Assembly: GCA_009786315.1 (NCBI GenBank)
Contig: WQTM01000232.1
Coordinates: 1 to 46,789, forward strand
From: Pseudomonadota bacterium
Lineage (GTDB): Bacteria; Myxococcota; Myxococcia; Myxococcales; Myxococcaceae
Length of the DNA stretch: 46,789 nt
Direction: 5' to 3'
Positions 17,339 through 25,753 of the stretch are shown piece after piece. The stretch's first letter is position 1. Every line of letters starts with the position of its first letter. The notes below the pieces were generated by a model that had not been told where the DNA came from, made no database searches, and was given only the letters and a program-made list of their open reading frames with translations. A program made the position numbers and the translations under genes.

Positions 17339-18976
17339 CTAACCCTTGGCTAAACCCAATACACGATAGGTGTCGACACCCTTCTCCTTGCCTCGAATAT
17401 GGACGACAGCTATGGGTTCTGCAACAAAGCTGCCACAGGCCTTTTCTAAGGTGCTTGCAGTTGTCAGAATTTCTCCCCCCTTCGCAAGGTTGCATAGACG
17501 GGATGCCACATTCACCGCATCGCCAATGGCCGTAAATTCATGCCGTTTTGTGGAACCCATATAACCTACAATCGCCGGGCCTGTGTTGACGCCAATGCCG
17601 ACAAAAAGTTGAGGCAACTGGGTTTTCTCCCGCTGAGTATTTAGCTTGGAAACGGTGTGCTGCATCTCAAGGGCAGCAGACAAAGCCCTGCTTGCATCGT
17701 CCTTGTGTGGCGAGGGCGGTCCCCATACGGCCATAATGCAATCACCAATAAACTTGTCCAAAGTCCCGTCAAAACGAAATACAATGTCCGCCATCGCCGA
17801 GAAAAATTCGTTGAGCATCGCAACCACTTTCTCGGGAGTTTCTTCTTCTGCAAGAGAAGTAAAACCCCGAATGTCCGCAAACAAAGTGCTGACTTCCGCT
17901 GAAACCCCCCTGCGTAATTCCTTTACGTCACCTTTAATGACCATTTCCGCCACCGCCGGCGACAAAAACCGCGAAAGCTCCGCCCGCGTCACCGCCTCCT
18001 TGCTGATTTTCTCCATCAACTCGGCATTCTCTAAAGACACCGCCGCTTGCCAAGCAATGCTCGAAAGCAACTGAAGGTCCTTTTCGCTAAACGCGTTGAC
18101 TCGCTCACGTGTGTCGCAAAACAAAACCCCTTTCAACTCACTCTTTGACAACAAAGGAACGGCCATCGCTGAGCGTATGCCCTGCGCAACAATGCTGTCT
18201 GAAGCCGAAAACCGGGAATCCAAAACAGCATCCGCTGTCAAAACCGCCTGCTGCGTCTCCACCACACGCTCCAGCAAAGTCTGGGAAACCACCACCTCCT
18301 CTTCTGCCCCCTCATCCTTCTGGTAAACCGCCTTCGGCCTTAATTTGTGCTCCGAGTCGAAAAGAAACAAAACAGCATTGTCCGCACTCATCAACTGAAA
18401 CGCTACTTGCAATATCTTCTTGAGCAAATTGTCAAAATCAGGCTCCATGCCAACAAGACGGTGAAACTCATTGGCAATCCTTAACTTCTCATAGTCTTGC
18501 TTCAACGTCTGCAAATCATCATATTGCTCCAACGGCCGAAATAACGTCGTCCCCTTCGCTTCAATCTCAGCCAACACCGCGGACTGAGTAACGTCAGCAT
18601 CCACCACCATGACGCCCGCATGCTTCGGAACGGATACCTCCTCAGCACGGAAAATAAACCAACTGTTGCCAAGCAAAATCTCATCACCATCCTCCAACTG
18701 AGCATCGCTGACCCGGTGCCCGTTGACAAAACTCCCGTTGGAGGATTTTAAATCCCTTAAAAAGAAAAAATTCCCGCGGCGCTCAATCATTGCGTGAAAC
18801 TTGGAAACTTCACGGTCTGTCAAATGAATGTCGTTTTGAGTGTGACGCCCAAGCGTTAGCCGCGGACCTATGGCCAACTCGGCAATCTGGTTCTGCCCAA
18901 ACTTCCCCAATAGCCTCGGCTCCTTCAATGAACCCACTGGCTCAACAACATGCTCTGCACTCGTTCTGACATTCAT
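17339..18976 (-). CDS. FHA-GAF-class III adenylate cyclase
   Basis: FHA segment: LTLGRHTQNDIHLTDREVSKFHAMI...SSNGSFVNG. Central GAF-like region. Cyclase segment: LFADIRGFTSLAE, DKFIGDCIMAVWG (Lys suggests ATP specificity), GIGVNTGPAIVGYMG and IGDAVNVASRL. Confidence 0.88.
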   Translation of the reverse strand: MNVRTSAEHVVEPVGSLKEPRLLGKFGQNQIAELAIGPRLTLGRHTQNDIHLTDREVSKFHAMIERRGNFFFLRDLKSSNGSFVNGHRVSDAQLEDGDEILLGNSWFIFRAEEVSVPKHAGVMVVDADVTQSAVLAEIEAKGTTLFRPLEQYDDLQTLKQDYEKLRIANEFHRLVGMEPDFDNLLKKILQVAFQLMSADNAVLFLFDSEHKLRPKAVYQKDEGAEEEVVVSQTLLERVVETQQAVLTADAVLDSRFSASDSIVAQGIRSAMAVPLLSKSELKGVLFCDTRERVNAFSEKDLQLLSSIAWQAAVSLENAELMEKISKEAVTRAELSRFLSPAVAEMVIKGDVKELRRGVSAEVSTLFADIRGFTSLAEEETPEKVVAMLNEFFSAMADIVFRFDGTLDKFIGDCIMAVWGPPSPHKDDASRALSAALEMQHTVSKLNTQREKTQLPQLFVGIGVNTGPAIVGYMGSTKRHEFTAIGDAVNVASRLCNLAKGGEILTTASTLEKACGSFVAEPIAVVHIRGKEKGVDTYRVLGLAKG

Positions 18977-19107
18977 AAATTGAGGCTTACATCGCTAATA
19001 TGGCCATTTCTTCTTTGCGCATGTCCCCTAGAAACGCTAGTTGCACAACCGAATACCCATGGGGGACGCCTACCCAACTTCCTCCTCCCACATATAGAGG
19101 CACTTCC

Positions 19108-20355
19108 ATGCGCTTAAAACAACGTCCCGAAGACTTTCTTGTCACAGAATCCTTTAGGTTTCGCAAGCATCCCGCCGGACGTTACCGCGTTTATTTGATG
19201 GATAAACAAAAACTCTCTACTTTTGACGCCGTCGAGCTCATTAGAGAACGCTTCGGCCTCAAACCCGGCTCCATCAGCTATTGCGGCCTTAAAGACAAAC
19301 AGGGACGTACGGAGCAGATTATTGCCGTGGAATCCGTGGACGTTGAAATGCAAGAGCCCAACCTGCGCCTCAAATTCCTCGGACGCACCGACTTGCCCCT
19401 CTCCGCCCAGAATACCACCTCCAACCGCTTCTCCGTTACCACCAGAGGTTTGAATACCCAGGAAATGGATGTGCTTGTTCAAAATGCAAATGAAATAAAA
19501 AAGATTGGATTTATTAATTATTTTGATAGCCAACGCTTTGGCTCCATCAAACATGGGCAGGGCTATATTGCTAAGGATTTGATTCGGGGCGATTTTGAGG
19601 CGGCTTTGCACAACTATATGGCCAAACCCTCCAAGTTGGACAAGTCTGATGACGCTAAAGTCAAACAATTCTGGGCCGAAAATTGGGGCAGGTTTGACGC
19701 TTATTGCCCCTATAAAGCCAATAAAAAATATGCGCGCATCCTCTTCTCCTTGCGCACAAACCCCAAGGACTTCGCCCGCGCTTTTATGCAAATAGATTCG
19801 GACTATAGGGCCATGCTGCTGTTCACCTATCAGTCCTTCCTCTGGAATGAGGGCGTGCGTAGGCTCCTGCAACTCATGTTCTCAAGAGAAGACTTGGCCG
19901 TTATGCCCTATCAGGCCGGCTCCCTGCTCTTTCACCTGCGCGCATCCTCTGAGCAAATAAATATCCTCAAACAACTGCACTTCCCCCTCCTCTCCCCTAA
20001 AAGTACCTTCTCAAACCCCCAAATTGAAGAGGCCGTCATGTGGGTGCTCGGTAAGGAAAAAATAAAACTCGAGGACTTGAAAGTCCCTCATGTGGGAGGA
20101 AAACTCTTCTTCAAGCACGAGGAGCGCCCTCTGCTGATTCTTCCTTATAAGCTGGTGGTGGGCAAAGTCCGCGAGGATGAGCTTAACCCACCTCATAAAA
20201 AAATTAACGTGGCCTTTACGCTTAAACCCGGCAGCTATGCCACCTTGCTTGTCAAACGCTTGTTCCTCGAGGGGAACAGCCCCGACTCCTCCTCCCCCAA
20301 ACCCTCCCGCCCCAAACCTGCGCCCAGAAAATACCCATACAGGCCCCATAAATAG
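19108..20355 (+). CDS. truD: tRNA pseudouridine(13) synthase TruD
   Basis: Motifs RPEDFLVTE and GLKDKQGRTEQ, plus a FGxQRFG-like NYFDSQRFGS. Start taken at the ATG at 19108, with the ATG at 19000 as alternative. The Pro-rich C-terminal tail overlaps the convergent PAP2 gene. Confidence 0.85.
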   Translation: MRLKQRPEDFLVTESFRFRKHPAGRYRVYLMDKQKLSTFDAVELIRERFGLKPGSISYCGLKDKQGRTEQIIAVESVDVEMQEPNLRLKFLGRTDLPLSAQNTTSNRFSVTTRGLNTQEMDVLVQNANEIKKIGFINYFDSQRFGSIKHGQGYIAKDLIRGDFEAALHNYMAKPSKLDKSDDAKVKQFWAENWGRFDAYCPYKANKKYARILFSLRTNPKDFARAFMQIDSDYRAMLLFTYQSFLWNEGVRRLLQLMFSREDLAVMPYQAGSLLFHLRASSEQINILKQLHFPLLSPKSTFSNPQIEEAVMWVLGKEKIKLEDLKVPHVGGKLFFKHEERPLLILPYKLVVGKVREDELNPPHKKINVAFTLKPGSYATLLVKRLFLEGNSPDSSSPKPSRPKPAPRKYPYRPHK

Positions 20356-20839
20356 CTCCTGCCAGCACGTCAGAGGGCCAGTGTACGCCGGCGCCTATGC
20401 GACTTAGGGCAATCAACGAGGCTGCCACAAGCCCCAACGGCGCTGTCTTCGGAAAAAAACACAACAAAGCAAATGCCGCAGCAAAAGCATTGGCCGCATG
20501 CAAACTCGGCATCGCACCCGAGTCCGCAATGGGCACCAATTGCCGCAGGCTTTCTGCTGGCAGGGCAAAACAGGGGCGTATACGCGCAAACCAAGGCTTC
20601 AACACCTGAGAGCCCAATATGTCCGTCGCCGCTATGGCAAAGGACAATGCCAACAACGGCCTCCATGCAGAAAACCGACTGTGCCAAACCAACGCACAGG
20701 CCACCAGCCCAAGGCCAATGACAGCCATCCAAATGGAGGACAATGCCACCCAAAACAACTCCACGGGGCGCCAGTCCCAATGGTTAATGGCAAAAAAAAT
20801 TTCTTCGTCCAGAGGAAAACGGTAGTCCTGCCCGCTCAT
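20252..20839 (-). CDS. PAP2-family (type 2 phosphatidic acid / lipid phosphate) phosphatase
   Basis: Motifs KPWFARIRP, PSLHAANAF and SRIGAGVHWPSDVLAG. The ATG at 20839 overlaps the Fur-family stop as ATGA. Confidence 0.85.
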   Translation of the reverse strand: MSGQDYRFPLDEEIFFAINHWDWRPVELFWVALSSIWMAVIGLGLVACALVWHSRFSAWRPLLALSFAIAATDILGSQVLKPWFARIRPCFALPAESLRQLVPIADSGAMPSLHAANAFAAAFALLCFFPKTAPLGLVAASLIALSRIGAGVHWPSDVLAGAIYGACMGIFWAQVWGGRVWGRRSRGCSPRGTSV

Positions 20840-21342
20840 TGGCTGCAATCATCACACTGCCCGCGAATTTGTACGGAAACACGCTGCTCGCTCAGGGCCT
20901 TGGGCACTTTGAAAGCGGCCTTGGCCTTGAAAGTCACTTCAGGCAAACACGAAACTTGGCCGCAGTCCACGCATGCGAAATGGGGGTGAGAGTTGCCTCC
21001 ACTGGCCTTCTGCCTCCTCTTCCCTTTTTGTCTGGGCGCCTCCCTCTCCAGGGCCCGCAATTCAAACCGCCATATGTGGTCGCCTAAGTCAATGCGCTCC
21101 AACAAACCCGCCTCCGTCAAATCCATCAGGTTGCGGTAGAGGGTGGCTCTGTCAAATTCACACCCCTCCAATGCAACCACCAACTCGGCATGCGAAACAG
21201 GGGCGCGCGTGCCTGTGAGGACTTGCATGACGGCTAAACGGGCTGAAGTCACTCGCAGCCCCACCTTGCGAATGGCCTCCCTCAGCACAGCCTCCTGTGC
21301 TGAGTTGCCTTTCAAAAAGTCCTTGTGTTCAAAGTTTCCCAT
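20836..21342 (-). CDS. Fur-family metalloregulator
   Basis: Winged-helix segment LRVTSARLAVMQVL...ATLYRNLMDLTEAGLL, and cysteine pairs CVDCG...CDDC. The metal specificity (Fur, Zur or PerR) cannot be told from the sequence. Confidence 0.8.
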   Translation of the reverse strand: MGNFEHKDFLKGNSAQEAVLREAIRKVGLRVTSARLAVMQVLTGTRAPVSHAELVVALEGCEFDRATLYRNLMDLTEAGLLERIDLGDHIWRFELRALEREAPRQKGKRRQKASGGNSHPHFACVDCGQVSCLPEVTFKAKAAFKVPKALSEQRVSVQIRGQCDDCSQ

Positions 21343-21363
21343 AAGCCGACTGTGCCATAGTAT

Positions 21364-21375
21364 AGCGTATACGCT
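21364..21375. promoter_or_regulatory. Perfect 12-bp palindrome AGCGTATACGCT upstream of the Fur-family gene (candidate auto-operator)
   Basis: Read directly from the sequence. It sits 22 bp upstream of the ATG at 21342, in the 74-bp scpB-fur gap. Confidence 0.35.
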
Positions 21376-21416
21376 TCCAATAAAACAAGCCTGCGGGCAT
21401 GGCCACCTCGCGTGGG

Positions 21417-22280
21417 CTATTCTGTGCGCTCATGCAAGGTGTTGAGGCTGGAGGCAACTCCTTTGGAGGAAACTTCTGCCTCTGAAATGGCTTGCTCCAA
21501 TTCCTTGAAGCTTTGTTCTGCTTCGTCATGCTTTTTCTTCAGCTTTTTCTGAAAAGTGTCGTCGGCCAACTGGGCGACGGACTCCAATGGCGGGGCTTCA
21601 CTCTCGAGAATGTCTTCATGCTCCTCCGTCAATTCGTGAAACTCTTGCAGCGAAGGCAAGGCAGAAAGGTTTTTGAGTGAGAAAAACTGCAAAAACTCCG
21701 GCGTCGTTCCATATAGGAGCGGCCTGCCCACCTCCTCCTTCTTCCCGAGAATTTTAATGAGTCTCCTCTCCAACAAAGCTTTCAAAACCCCGCCGGAGTC
21801 TACACCGCGAATGTCCTCAATTTCAGGCCGAGTCAGAGGCTGGCGGTAGGCAACTATGGCCAGTGTCTCCAGCGCGGAGCGCGTCAGCCTCTGTGGCTTG
21901 GCTTTCAAAAAACGCAGCGCATATTTTTGGGACACCTCGCTCGTCCTCAACTGCCAAGCATTGCTGACTTCATGTAAGACAATTCCCGAAACCTTCTCGC
22001 TATAAATCGCCTGTATGTTCTGCAACTCCAAAAGGAGGGCGGGTTTGGGAATTCCCGTCACCTCATAAAGCTGTGCCAGAGAGAGTGGCTTGGAGGAAAG
22101 AAACAACAAACTCTCTAAAATACAGCGTATGGTTTGTGGCTCAAGCCTGCTCCCTTCACGCGCCCACTCCGCAAAAGTTGCCGCCGCCTTGTCGTCCCCC
22201 TCGGGAGCGTCAATCTCCTCAGGACAAACAGGAGTCTCAGCCTCAGTCTCCGTTTCAGCCTCTTCTTCCCACGCATCCAC
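21417..22280 (-). CDS. scpB: Segregation and condensation protein B
   Basis: Motifs ESLLFLSSKPLSL, IVAYRQPLTRPEIEDIRGVDSGGVLKALLERRLI and GRPLLYGTTPEFL. GTG start. Acidic N-terminal and C-terminal extensions. Confidence 0.9.
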   Translation of the reverse strand: MDAWEEEAETETEAETPVCPEEIDAPEGDDKAAATFAEWAREGSRLEPQTIRCILESLLFLSSKPLSLAQLYEVTGIPKPALLLELQNIQAIYSEKVSGIVLHEVSNAWQLRTSEVSQKYALRFLKAKPQRLTRSALETLAIVAYRQPLTRPEIEDIRGVDSGGVLKALLERRLIKILGKKEEVGRPLLYGTTPEFLQFFSLKNLSALPSLQEFHELTEEHEDILESEAPPLESVAQLADDTFQKKLKKKHDEAEQSFKELEQAISEAEVSSKGVASSLNTLHERTE

Positions 22281-22330
22281 AATTCGTCTCCTTCTGGTTC
22301 ATGCCACCCCCGCCTCCACCCCATGTGCCG

Positions 22331-23143
22331 TTAGGTCCAACTGGCCTCCAGTTGGTTTGCCTCCTGCAAATTTATACCCGCCGCCTTCTCCTCCAATGCC
22401 TCCCGGGCAACAATCCATATGTCGCCTGTCTCAACTTGCTGCTGAATACGAATGAGTTTGAGACGACACATTTCTAATATGCCGAGGAATAAAATGGTTA
22501 TTTCGGACTTGGAGCGGGCAGCCCCAAGCAACTCCAAAAACGCCCGGGAGGGCTTCTCTTGCAGTTGCACCATCAGCCCCTGTATCGCTTTGGACAAACT
22601 CAATTGCTCGCGTATCACCTCGTGCTGCAACTTCGGCTCCAGCTTTTTTAGGGCTTCGCTGAAAATGTCTATCAGGCGGTAGACGGAAACCTCCACAAAC
22701 TTGGACTCCCCCTCCCCAAGGGGGACTTTCTCCGCTTGGGCAACTCTGCAAAATACGGTCTTTCCAAGCAGCGGCATGGAGGCAAGTTGCTGGGCTGCGG
22801 CTTTGTATTTTTGGTATTCCAATAACCTGCGCACCAATTCCTCGCGGACATCCCCGCTGGGGGCCCCCTCTCCCTCCACTTCTTCTATGTCCGCTTTGGG
22901 CGCTGGCACCAAAAGCCGGGACTTCAGTTGCAGCAGCGTTGCGGCCATCAACAAAAATTCGCTGCAAATGTCCAGGTGAATGGTGTGCATCCGTTCCAGC
23001 ATTTCAAGGTATTTTTCTGTAATGAGGGCAATGGGTATGTCAAAAATGTCTATTCGGTGCTCTCGAATGAGGTGCAGCAGGAGGTCCAAAGGGCCTTCAA
23101 AATTTGGCAGGGCAATTCGAAAGTCTTCACGTGCAACACTCAT
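22331..23143 (-). CDS. scpA: Segregation and condensation protein A
   Basis: Motif FEGPLDLLLHLIREHRIDIFDIPIALITEKYLEML. Start taken at the ATG at 23143, just downstream of the trpS stop. The ORF-track start at 23227 would overlap trpS. Confidence 0.9.
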   Translation of the reverse strand: MSVAREDFRIALPNFEGPLDLLLHLIREHRIDIFDIPIALITEKYLEMLERMHTIHLDICSEFLLMAATLLQLKSRLLVPAPKADIEEVEGEGAPSGDVREELVRRLLEYQKYKAAAQQLASMPLLGKTVFCRVAQAEKVPLGEGESKFVEVSVYRLIDIFSEALKKLEPKLQHEVIREQLSLSKAIQGLMVQLQEKPSRAFLELLGAARSKSEITILFLGILEMCRLKLIRIQQQVETGDIWIVAREALEEKAAGINLQEANQLEASWT

Positions 23144-23168
23144 CGGGTTCCTCGAAAAGTTGGAGGCT

Positions 23169-24188
23169 TTAGCCACTGCGCGAAATGCCCACCGCTGCCC
23201 GCATTTTTTGAATAATGGGTGCAGCATATGCGCGCGCCCTCTGCGCCCCCTTCTCCAATATCTTCTCCAACTCCGCTTTGTCCCCCATCAACTCAGCAAA
23301 CCGCTTCCTCGGTTCGTCAAAATAAAGGTGGAAATAGTCCACCAACTTCTTTTTGTAGGTTCCATAACCTATGCCGCCTTCGCGCCAACTCGTTTCAATC
23401 TCCGGCCACTCGCCCGGCGGCGCCATGGCTTGGAGCAGCCCAAACAAGGCAGAGTTTTCAGCCGGCTTGGGCGCTTCTATGGGAGAAGAGTCGGTTTTTA
23501 TGGACATCATCTTCTTCTTCACCTCTTTGTCTTCTCCAAACAACTCAATGGTGTTGCCATAGCTTTTGGACATTTTCTGGCCGTCAATGCCTAACAAAAC
23601 CGCCGTCTCCTCACATACAAAAGCTTCCGGCAACTTGAAAATTCCTTGAGGGCTTCCGTTTTCTCCATTGGGGTTTGCAGCATCGTAGCCAGGTACGTAG
23701 GCAACATTAAATTTGGTTGCCCAGTCCCTGCAAAACTCCAAATGCTGAATCTGGTCTTTGCCTACGGGTACCACGTCGGAGCCATAAATGAGAATGTCCG
23801 CCGCCATCAACACAGGGTAGGCAAACAAACCAAAATCCGCAGGAAGGCCACGCGCCTTTTTGTCCTTGTAGCTGTGCGCCCTCTCAAGGTTGCCCATCGG
23901 CACCAAAGTCCCCAATACCCAATAGGCCTCCCCCAACTCCCCTATGTCGCTTTGGCGAAACAAAATCGCCTTGTCGGCATCCAACCCCAAAGCCAAAAAC
24001 GCAGCGGCCGTTTCCAAAGTCAACGCATAGGCAAGTCGCCCGTCGCGGACACTGTTGAGGGCGTGGAGGTTTGCAATAAAATAGAGGGCCTCGCCTTTGT
24101 GCTGCAATTCAACAAACTGGCGTATGGCTCCAAAATAGTTTCCAAGGTGTAATTTCCCTGAAGGTTGGACTCCGGAGAGAATTCGCAC
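23169..24188 (-). CDS. trpS: Tryptophan--tRNA ligase
   Basis: Motifs SGVQPSGKLHLGNYFGA (HIGH region) and KMSKS. GTG start. Length 339 aa. Confidence 0.95.
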   Translation of the reverse strand: MRILSGVQPSGKLHLGNYFGAIRQFVELQHKGEALYFIANLHALNSVRDGRLAYALTLETAAAFLALGLDADKAILFRQSDIGELGEAYWVLGTLVPMGNLERAHSYKDKKARGLPADFGLFAYPVLMAADILIYGSDVVPVGKDQIQHLEFCRDWATKFNVAYVPGYDAANPNGENGSPQGIFKLPEAFVCEETAVLLGIDGQKMSKSYGNTIELFGEDKEVKKKMMSIKTDSSPIEAPKPAENSALFGLLQAMAPPGEWPEIETSWREGGIGYGTYKKKLVDYFHLYFDEPRKRFAELMGDKAELEKILEKGAQRARAYAAPIIQKMRAAVGISRSG

Positions 24189-24196
24189 GGCAACTC

Positions 24197-25114
24197 CTAG
24201 CTTGGGTGTTGGGGAGGGGGGTGTTTTCGGCTTCGTGGGTGCGCGGCGTCATAAACGTTGCGTAGGCGTTGGGTGTCTACGTGCGTATAAATTTGAGTTG
24301 TGCAGAGGTCTGCATGCCCCAACATCGCCTGGACGGCACGTAAATCCGCCCCCCGTTCCAACAAGTGTGTTGCGAAGGAGTGGCGAATTTTGTGTGGTGA
24401 AATGTTTTGGGTGATGCCCGCTTTCAAAGCATAGCGTCGAAGCAGTTTCCAAAACCCCATGCGAGACATCGGCTTTTGCCTTGGAGAAATGAAAAGGGCC
24501 TTCGAGGTTTTTCCCTTCAACAAACCTGGCCGCCCCCCTTGGAGGTAGTCCGCCATGGCTTGGGAGGCTGAGCGGCCCAAAGGAATGAGGCGCTCCTTTT
24601 GGCCTTTGCCCATAACGCGCACATAGCCCTCCTCCAAGCGAATGGCCTCCAAACCCAGGTTGACAAGCTCGCTGACGCGCATGCCTGTTGCATATAGCAA
24701 TTCCAGCATGGCCTTGTCCCTCAACCCCGCCGCCCCTTTCGCTTTGGGCGCCCCCAACAAGGCATCCACCTCCTCAAGGCTTAGGAATATGGGCAGCTTG
24801 TTGGAAAATTTGACGGAGTGGAGGTGGAGGGTTGGGTTGGAGGGGGAGAGTTTTTCGTCTTCGAGGAAGCGGTGGAAGCCGCGAATGGCGGCGAGGTGGC
24901 GCGCACGGCTGCGTGCAGACAAACCTTTTTTCTCAAGTTGCTCCAAATGTGCCAACAAGTTTTCCTGCGTCGCTGAAGCTGCGAGGACACCCCCTTCCTC
25001 CAACCCATGGAGGTATTGGGCAATATCGGCGGCATAGGCATCCACGGTTTTGGCCGCCACGTTTTTTTCTGCTCGCAAAAAAGCAATAAAGTTTTCCAGC
25101 AACGCCTCTTGCAT
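24197..25114 (-). CDS. xerC: Tyrosine recombinase of the XerC/XerD family
   Basis: Motifs LLYATGMRVSELVNL, PHKIRHSFATHLLERGADLRAVQAMLGH and TTQIYTHV. The C-terminal VYDAAHPR resembles E. coli XerC, but XerC vs XerD is not certain. The ATG at 25114 shares one base with the tsaC stop (TGATG). Confidence 0.85.
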   Translation of the reverse strand: MQEALLENFIAFLRAEKNVAAKTVDAYAADIAQYLHGLEEGGVLAASATQENLLAHLEQLEKKGLSARSRARHLAAIRGFHRFLEDEKLSPSNPTLHLHSVKFSNKLPIFLSLEEVDALLGAPKAKGAAGLRDKAMLELLYATGMRVSELVNLGLEAIRLEEGYVRVMGKGQKERLIPLGRSASQAMADYLQGGRPGLLKGKTSKALFISPRQKPMSRMGFWKLLRRYALKAGITQNISPHKIRHSFATHLLERGADLRAVQAMLGHADLCTTQIYTHVDTQRLRNVYDAAHPRSRKHPPPQHPS

Positions 25115-25734
25115 CAACTCAAAATGCCTTTCCCCTGTCGAATTAACGTTATTTCGTCGCCAATGAGTGAAACCACGGTGGAAGGCTCATTGGGCTGCAT
25201 GCCCCCGTCCAAAATGAAGTCAATGCGGTTGCCGAGTATTTCCTTAATGCTGCGTGCATCCACCAAAGCCTCCCCCCCTTTTGGGTCCACCGCTGAGGTG
25301 GTGACAATGGGGCGCCCCAATTCAGCGGCAACCGCCAAAATAAAAGGCGCATTGGGGACGCGAATGCCCACTTGGCTCTGGCGGTTTTGCATGATTTCAG
25401 GCACGGTGCGCGTGGCGGTCAAAATGAATGTAAACGGCCCCGGAGTTAGTTGTTTCATGGTGCGGTAGGCAAAGTTGGAAACCAGCCCATATTTGGCGAC
25501 GTCGGACAAGTCCGGGCACAAAAGGGAGAAGGGTTTTTTTCTGTCTCTGTCTCTGTCTTTGAGTTGGTAGAGGCGGTCAATTCCTTTTTTTGAGAAAATG
25601 GCGCAGCCAATGCCATAATTCGTGTCAGTGGGGTAGGCCATCACCCCATCGGCACGCAGCACCTCCACCGCCTTCTGTATGTGGCGGGGGTGGGGGTGGT
25701 CGGAGTGGACTTCGAGGATAGGTGCTACGGACAT
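25114..25734 (-). CDS. tsaC: L-threonylcarbamoyladenylate synthase (YrdC/TsaC type, no Sua5 domain)
   Basis: YrdC-fold motifs YPTDTNYGIGC, RKKPFSLL and PGPFTFIL. Start taken at the ATG at 25734; the ORF-track start at 25764 is TTG. Confidence 0.85.
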   Translation of the reverse strand: MSVAPILEVHSDHPHPRHIQKAVEVLRADGVMAYPTDTNYGIGCAIFSKKGIDRLYQLKDRDRDRKKPFSLLCPDLSDVAKYGLVSNFAYRTMKQLTPGPFTFILTATRTVPEIMQNRQSQVGIRVPNAPFILAVAAELGRPIVTTSAVDPKGGEALVDARSIKEILGNRIDFILDGGMQPNEPSTVVSLIGDEITLIRQGKGILS

Positions 25735-25753
25735 AATTGCAGACGCATGGGGT

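Noticed and set aside
24197-25114. Tyrosine recombinase as a phage or ICE integrase
   Set aside because: It has Xer-type motifs and a C-terminus (VYDAAHPR), is about 305 aa long, and is embedded with overlapping stop/start in the tsaC-trpS-scpAB housekeeping run.
25541-25558. (CTGTCT)x3 hexanucleotide microsatellite inside tsaC
   Set aside because: It is in-frame and encodes DRDRDR. Slippage would only add or remove a DR dipeptide in a loop, so it is not a phase-variation switch.
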